The notes beneath the pieces are model-generated. The model was not told where the DNA came from. It saw nothing but the letters and a program-made list of their open reading frames with translations, and made no database searches. Source: Candidatus Multivorans sp. (GTDB taxonomy: Bacteria; Acidobacteriota; Thermoanaerobaculia; Multivoradales; Multivoraceae). Taken from it: a stretch of DNA of 64,000 bases. Both the position numbers and the translations under genes were made by a program. Position 1 is the stretch's first letter. Every line of letters starts with the position of its first letter. This document shows positions 59,118-64,000 of this stretch, piece after piece. Location of the stretch: positions 1,120,001 to 1,184,000 of the forward strand of contig OZ251997.1 of NCBI GenBank assembly GCA_965247095.1, in the 5' to 3' direction.

Positions 59118-59192
59118 TGGTTGGGGCGGGAGGATTCGAACCCCCGATAGCGAGATCCAAAGTCTCGTGCCTTACCACTTGGCGACGCCCCA
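59118..59192 (-). tRNA. tRNA-Gln(TTG)
   Basis: TGGGGCG acceptor, CGAGA-CT-TTG-GA-TCTCG anticodon arm, encoded CCA; ispE-tRNA-Gln-prs synteny. Confidence 0.96.
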
Positions 59193-59260
59193 GACGGGCC
59201 GGCGGATTGTACATGAAGCGACGGCAAAGGGACGCTCGAAGGCAAACCGCGGCAATGTCG

Positions 59261-60154
59261 TCAGGGATTCGATGCCGCACCGCGGTTCCCAGGCAGGGTC
59301 GAGGTTCGGAACAGGCGCACGTCAAGGCCCGCCACCGCGCGCTCGGCGCCCTTCCAGCTCCCTATCCCGAACACCGCGCCGCCACTGCCGGAAACCTGGG
59401 GACCCCGGTCCGACTCGTCGAGCGAAGCGTCGCGGAGGGCGAGGAGCAACCGGTCCACCTCCGGATGGCGCCGCCGGACAACCGCTTCCAGGTCGTTGCC
59501 CCGGAGCCACAGGGCGGCCTCGCTTCGCGCCGTCGGCGGCGGCAGCAGTTCCTCTTCCCGGAGCCCTGTCGCTGACGCCGGGGTCCGGCGCCAGCGCCGG
59601 TACACCTCAGCGGTGGACACCTCCACCGCCGGCGCAGCGACGACCACCGGCGCCGCCTCAACATCCTGCAGAGCCTGCAGCTTCTCACCCCGGCCGGTCG
59701 CCAGCACCGTCCCGCCGACCAGGAAGAAGGGCACGTCCGAACCGACCGCGGCGGCCGCGGCGCGGAGACCCTGAGGGCTGAGCGGTTCGCCCCAAAGTTC
59801 CTGCAGGGCGGCCAGGGTCCCCGCCGCGTCGCTGCTGCCGCCACCCAGGCCGCTGCCGGCCGGAATGCTCTTCCTCAGTTCGAACCGGACACCCCGCGCT
59901 GGCTCGCCGACGGCCTCGAAGAACGCTCGTGCCGCCGCCAGCACGAGGTTCGAGTCATCGGTCGGCGCCCCGCCCCCGGGCACTTCGAGGCTCACGGGCT
60001 CAGTCGGGTCGATCCGGCGCACCGTCAGCCGGTCGCAGAGATCGACCGTCTGCAGCACGGTCGAAATCGCGTGGTAGCCGTCGCGGCGCCGGCGATGAAC
60101 CCGCAGACTCAGGTTGACCTTGGCGGGACACGCCAGGCTGACCTCCGTTTTCAT
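59261..60154 (-). CDS. ispE: 4-(cytidine 5'-diphospho)-2-C-methyl-D-erythritol kinase
   Basis: PAKVNLSL, DGYH, KSIPAGSGLGGGSSDAA, GSDVPFF, GNDLE, SGSG. Confidence 0.95.
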   Translation of the reverse strand: MKTEVSLACPAKVNLSLRVHRRRRDGYHAISTVLQTVDLCDRLTVRRIDPTEPVSLEVPGGGAPTDDSNLVLAAARAFFEAVGEPARGVRFELRKSIPAGSGLGGGSSDAAGTLAALQELWGEPLSPQGLRAAAAAVGSDVPFFLVGGTVLATGRGEKLQALQDVEAAPVVVAAPAVEVSTAEVYRRWRRTPASATGLREEELLPPPTARSEAALWLRGNDLEAVVRRRHPEVDRLLLALRDASLDESDRGPQVSGSGGAVFGIGSWKGAERAVAGLDVRLFRTSTLPGNRGAASNP

Positions 60155-60918
60155 CAGGCGCTGCCGGGCTCGCAGGCGCCCGGCAGGAAACCGTCCGGTA
60201 CTTCCGGCGCCGGCAGCGCACCTCTCAGATCCCTTGCCGGCCTGTTCTGGCGCCAATGCAGCTCAAGCCCCGTCTCGGGCTCGACCATCCGCGACATGCC
60301 GCCGGCGTCGAGCCTCCACGAGGCCCTCGTCTCAGCGCCCCGGTGCAGAGTCCAACGGCGCGGGCCCCCCTTGGTCGTCACCGCCGTCCAGCGCCGGTCC
60401 CAGCGGTCCTCGAAGTCGAGTTCAACGGCGCCGGCGCCGCTGGCCGCTGCCGCCTCCACGGTTCCTGGGTCGACCGGCGGCGCCGGCAGTCGCCGCAGCA
60501 GCAGCGCGGCGACCGCACCGGCCGGGACGGGGCCCAGGGACAGGGCGGGAATCTCCAGGTCGCCGCGATACCGGCAGAAGGTCCGCTCACGCACCCACAG
60601 GACCAGGGCGCTGCCCTCCTGAACGTTGAGGTCCCACCATCGGCGCCCCAACCGGTCCGAGGCCTGCACGTGAAAACGGTCCGGCGACTCGAAACGCAAT
60701 ACCAGGCGCAGCGTTCCGTTCCCCTCCGGGCCGTCGTACTGCATCTGGACGATGCGCTGGGTACGCCACTCCGCCTCGGGAATCTCCCACGGCAAGGCAG
60801 CCGTGGCGGCGCCGGGAACTCCGGCAGGCGGAAGATCGCGGGTCGAGCCGGCACTGGCGCAGCTCATGAGCCAGAGCAGACTCAGCAGCAGCACCGCGGA
60901 CTGGTTCGCAGGCGTCAG
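60154..60918 (-). CDS. LolB-like / DUF4292-like lipoprotein (start uncertain)
   Basis: Hydrophobic stretch LLLSLLWLMSC (lipobox-like), beta-rich body (LRLVLRFESPDRFHVQASDRLG), located between the TPR gene and ispE. Confidence 0.55.
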   Translation of the reverse strand: MTPANQSAVLLLSLLWLMSCASAGSTRDLPPAGVPGAATAALPWEIPEAEWRTQRIVQMQYDGPEGNGTLRLVLRFESPDRFHVQASDRLGRRWWDLNVQEGSALVLWVRERTFCRYRGDLEIPALSLGPVPAGAVAALLLRRLPAPPVDPGTVEAAAASGAGAVELDFEDRWDRRWTAVTTKGGPRRWTLHRGAETRASWRLDAGGMSRMVEPETGLELHWRQNRPARDLRGALPAPEVPDGFLPGACEPGSA

Positions 60919-60925
60919 TGGGCGG

Positions 60926-62998
60926 CTACCGCCGAAACAGTTCGCCCAGCTTGCGGCGCACGGCTTCGACGTTCTCTTCGTCGTTGATCGCCAGTGCATG
61001 TTCGTAGGCCTCGCGGGCTCGCCGCGTGTCGCCGAGCGCAACATAGACATCGCCGAGATGCTCCAGGACGGTGGAGTCCTCCGGCGCCAACTGATTCGCC
61101 CGCTCCAGGTGGCGGCGAGCCTCTTCAAACTCACCTAGCCGGAACAGCGCCCAGCCCAGCGAATCGACGTAGGCGCCGTTGTTCGGTTCGAGAGCCACGG
61201 CTCGGCGCACGAGCTCGAGTGCTTGCTCCAGGTTCTCGCCGTTGTCCGCCCACATGTAGCCCAGGTAGTTCATCGCGGTGCTGTTCTCGGGCTGGATCTC
61301 AAGCACCGCCTGGAACTGCTCGGCCGCCTCGTCGTAGCGACGCGTGCGCTCGTACGCCTCGCCAAGCTGAAAGAACAGACCCGCGCGAAGAGTCTCCGGG
61401 TCAAGTTCCAGGTCGGTCTCGGCGCCGCTATCGACCCGGACCAGCGCCCGCTCGATCAGGGGCGCGGATTCCGCGAACCGACCGCGCGAGCGCCAGAAGT
61501 CGGCGATCCCGATCAGTTGCGCGACGTTTCCAGCCGCCGCAAACCGATCGAGAACGCGGACGGCGAGGCGCTCCTCATCGAGGTCGACGTAGATCCCGGC
61601 CTTCCTGCGGATCGCCTGCACGTCCGGTCGGCCGTCGTCCCCGCCGCGGAGCAGACGGTCGGTGGCAACCGTGTCACGCCGAAGGATGGCCATCGCACGC
61701 CGCTTCCTGCCCGACTCCGCCAGCAACTCCGCCTGACTCAGCAGGAGTTCGACCGACTCGCCGCGCCGCTCTACTTCGGCCTCCAACTCGGCGAGGGCCT
61801 GGTCCGTCTCGCCCGACTGCCGTAGCGCCTCGACCAGGAGACCGAGACCGAAGTCGGCGGTATCCCGGCCCAGCTCCGTACCCCGGTCGGCCCGATCGAC
61901 CATGCTCCGGCCGATCTGGCGGATCCGCTCCCACTCGTCCGCCGCCATCAATTGCCGCACGAGTTCTCTCAGAACCTGCGGCTCGTCGGGCTGCTCCCTG
62001 CGCAGACCTTCGAGCAGGTCGATCGCCTCCCGCCCCTGGCCCGAGGCGCCCAGGATGCGAGCCTCCAGGAAGCGGGCGCCCGGATTCCGGCGGGCGGCGC
62101 GTGGCAGCTCGCGCAGACGCCGCAGGGCCTCGGCGAGATCTTCCGTTCGCTGATCGGGCGTCCGCCCGCGGGAGATGGCGCGCCGGTAGTACTCCTCTGC
62201 CAGCGCTCCTTGAACGGGAACGCTGTCGGAGAACTCCCGGGCCAGCCCCTCCAGCATCTCGATCGCCCCGGTGTGGTTTCCCTGCCGGCTTTCCGTCCCC
62301 GCCAGTTCCAGCCGCTCTTCGACCGAAAGATCATCGAACCGCAGCATGTCGGCCTGGACCTGTCGCGCCCGATCGTCCTCGCCGGCCTCCCTCAGGGCAT
62401 TGACCAGCATGTGTTGCAGTTGACGGTTGCCGTTGTGGTAACTGACCAACTCTTCCAGAACCGCTGCCGCCTCCTTGTGCTGCCCCAGCAACCCGTGAAT
62501 CTGGGCCAGGAACAGCATGCCGTCGATGTCGCTCGGCGCCAGCCCGCGCAGGGCCTTGAGCGCTTCCAGAGCGCGATCCACCGCTGCCCTGTCCCGACCA
62601 AGGTTGGAAAGCTCCATCTGAATCCGCCCGTATCTGCGCAACACGTCGACATCATCAGGCGCATTCCGGTAGGCAACGGCCAGGTGTTCCGCCGCCTCGT
62701 CGAAGCGCCGGAGCTGACTCAGGAAGTCGGCAAGCCCGATCCTCAGAAAGGGCGCCTCCGGATCCATGGCCACGGCGCGCTCGAAGAGCTCCAATGCCTC
62801 GTCGGTCCGGCCGGGCTCACCGGCCAGCATGCGGGCGGCCGCGAACAGGAACGGGCCGCCGTCGGCGACCGGTTCGGCGGCCTCCTGGCCGACCGCGCCG
62901 GATGTCCCGAGGCAGACCAGCACAAACGTCGCCACGGCGACTCGGCGACGCCACATCCGTGGTCTCGGCGACGCCGAGTTGAGTCCTGGGGAGTCCAT
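60926..62998 (-). CDS. Secreted tetratricopeptide repeat protein
   Basis: Signal peptide, many TPRs, C-terminal MNYLGYMWAD...AYVDSLGW...EHLGDVY. Confidence 0.92.
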   Translation of the reverse strand: MDSPGLNSASPRPRMWRRRVAVATFVLVCLGTSGAVGQEAAEPVADGGPFLFAAARMLAGEPGRTDEALELFERAVAMDPEAPFLRIGLADFLSQLRRFDEAAEHLAVAYRNAPDDVDVLRRYGRIQMELSNLGRDRAAVDRALEALKALRGLAPSDIDGMLFLAQIHGLLGQHKEAAAVLEELVSYHNGNRQLQHMLVNALREAGEDDRARQVQADMLRFDDLSVEERLELAGTESRQGNHTGAIEMLEGLAREFSDSVPVQGALAEEYYRRAISRGRTPDQRTEDLAEALRRLRELPRAARRNPGARFLEARILGASGQGREAIDLLEGLRREQPDEPQVLRELVRQLMAADEWERIRQIGRSMVDRADRGTELGRDTADFGLGLLVEALRQSGETDQALAELEAEVERRGESVELLLSQAELLAESGRKRRAMAILRRDTVATDRLLRGGDDGRPDVQAIRRKAGIYVDLDEERLAVRVLDRFAAAGNVAQLIGIADFWRSRGRFAESAPLIERALVRVDSGAETDLELDPETLRAGLFFQLGEAYERTRRYDEAAEQFQAVLEIQPENSTAMNYLGYMWADNGENLEQALELVRRAVALEPNNGAYVDSLGWALFRLGEFEEARRHLERANQLAPEDSTVLEHLGDVYVALGDTRRAREAYEHALAINDEENVEAVRRKLGELFRR

Positions 62999-63165
62999 GC
63001 GGCCGCCAAGGCTAGCAGCCGGGTACAAGGGCGTGTGAAGCCTTTACGGGAGGGGACCGTGCGCGCTAGAATGACGGATCCACGGCCAATCGCGCGGCGG
63101 TGCTCGGCGTTCTGCCCGCAACCCGCGCCCGCAACCCGGCCGCCGGCTCTGAGGAGGCGCTCCAT

Positions 63166-63432
63166 ATGATCAAGGCGGACATCGTGAACCGGGTCGCTGA
63201 GAACTCGGATCTTCCCCGCGTCAAGGCCGCGTCTGCGGTCGACACGATCCTCGGCGCCATGAAGGACGCCCTCGGCGACGGCAAGCGGATCGAACTCCGC
63301 GGCTTCGGCGTCTTCCAGGTCCGCAACCGCAAGCGCGGCGTGGGGCGCAATCCGAAGACCGGAGTCGAGGTGACGATCGCTCCCGGCAAGACGGTCCGCT
63401 TCAAGCCCGGCAAGGAACTCAAGAACCTCTAA
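63166..63432 (+). CDS. HU/IHF family DNA-binding protein
   Basis: MIKADIV, IELRGFGVF, GRNPKTG, VRFKPGK. Confidence 0.95.
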   Translation: MIKADIVNRVAENSDLPRVKAASAVDTILGAMKDALGDGKRIELRGFGVFQVRNRKRGVGRNPKTGVEVTIAPGKTVRFKPGKELKNL

Positions 63433-63474
63433 GGAGGCTGCGCCCCTCCCGCGAGCGCATCAGGTGGCGGGCGG

Positions 63475-63511
63475 GAACCCGGGTGGCGCGAACGCGCGTC
63501 ACCCGCGAACC
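63475..63511. repeat. REP-like palindromic element, copy 2
   Basis: GAACCCGGGTGGCGCGAACGCGCGTCACCCGCGAACC between convergent HU and dtd genes. Confidence 0.55.
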
Positions 63512-63525
63512 AGTCCGAGCGCTCG

Positions 63526-63981
63526 TCATCGAGCGCTCGGATGAAACTCCAGCACGAACGTCACCGGCCCGTCGTTCGTAAGGTCCACACGCATCCGGGC
63601 GCCGAAGCGGCCGCCCGCGACGACCAGCCCCGCCTCTTCCAGCCGCCTGCGCAAGCTGGCCAGCAACGGCTCGGCCACCTCCGGACGCGCTGCCCGGTCG
63701 AAGGAGGGACGTCTTCCCTTCCGTGTCGAGGCCGCGAGCGTGAACTGCGACACCAGCAGGATCGCGCCGCCGGCCTGGCGCAGGTCCAGGTTCATCCTTC
63801 CCCGCTCGTCATCGAAGAGACGGAGACGGCTCAACCTGGACGCCGCGGCCGCCACCTGATCCTCGCCGTCGCCGACTTCCACTCCCGCCAGCACGAGCAA
63901 ACCGCCGTCGATCCGACCGACGGTCCGGCCGTCGACCGTCACCGACGCCGAACTGACCCGCTGCACGACCAGGCGCACCAC
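63526..63981 (-). CDS. dtd: D-aminoacyl-tRNA deacylase
   Basis: VVQRVSSASV, VSQFTL, GRRPSF, FGA.M.V.L.NDGPVT. Confidence 0.96.
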   Translation of the reverse strand: MVRLVVQRVSSASVTVDGRTVGRIDGGLLVLAGVEVGDGEDQVAAAASRLSRLRLFDDERGRMNLDLRQAGGAILLVSQFTLAASTRKGRRPSFDRAARPEVAEPLLASLRRRLEEAGLVVAGGRFGARMRVDLTNDGPVTFVLEFHPSAR

Positions 63982-64000
63982 CCAACCATAACGGCGGAAA

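Overview
A high-GC bacterial chromosome segment that is almost entirely housekeeping. Gene order and protein types (long LptC/LptA-like protein, CarD, FecR/DUF6600-type protein, Na+-type membrane PPase) suggest Acidobacteriota, possibly Thermoanaerobaculia-like; this is inference only. It carries about 50 CDSs, including recJ, priA, carD, a TolC-family gene, purC, alr, dnaB, feoAB, cysS, def, lspA, cmk, scpAB, recG, uvrBC, a class A PBP, rplI-rpsR-rpsF, hppA, pth, rplY, prs, ispE, HU/IHF and dtd. It also has six tRNAs and the RNase P RNA. I found no integrase, transposase, phage gene or cas gene. The most unusual signals are: (1) three 88-90 bp tandem units behind tRNA-Leu(CAA), each keeping the tRNA 3' half intact through CCA while the 5' half is replaced by a palindromic hairpin; (2) a glutaminyl cyclase together with Gln at +1 in all five apparent signal peptidase I substrates, a possible 'Q-rule' outside Bacteroidetes; (3) a 72-bp palindromic insert flanked by a 9-bp duplication that separates pth from hppA; (4) an LD-carboxypeptidase whose only plausible start abuts the RNase P RNA P1 helix; (5) a probable CTG start for alr overlapping the dnaB stop; (6) a LolB-like lipoprotein in the lolB-ispE position. 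Many start codons were re-assigned by eye and are approximate.
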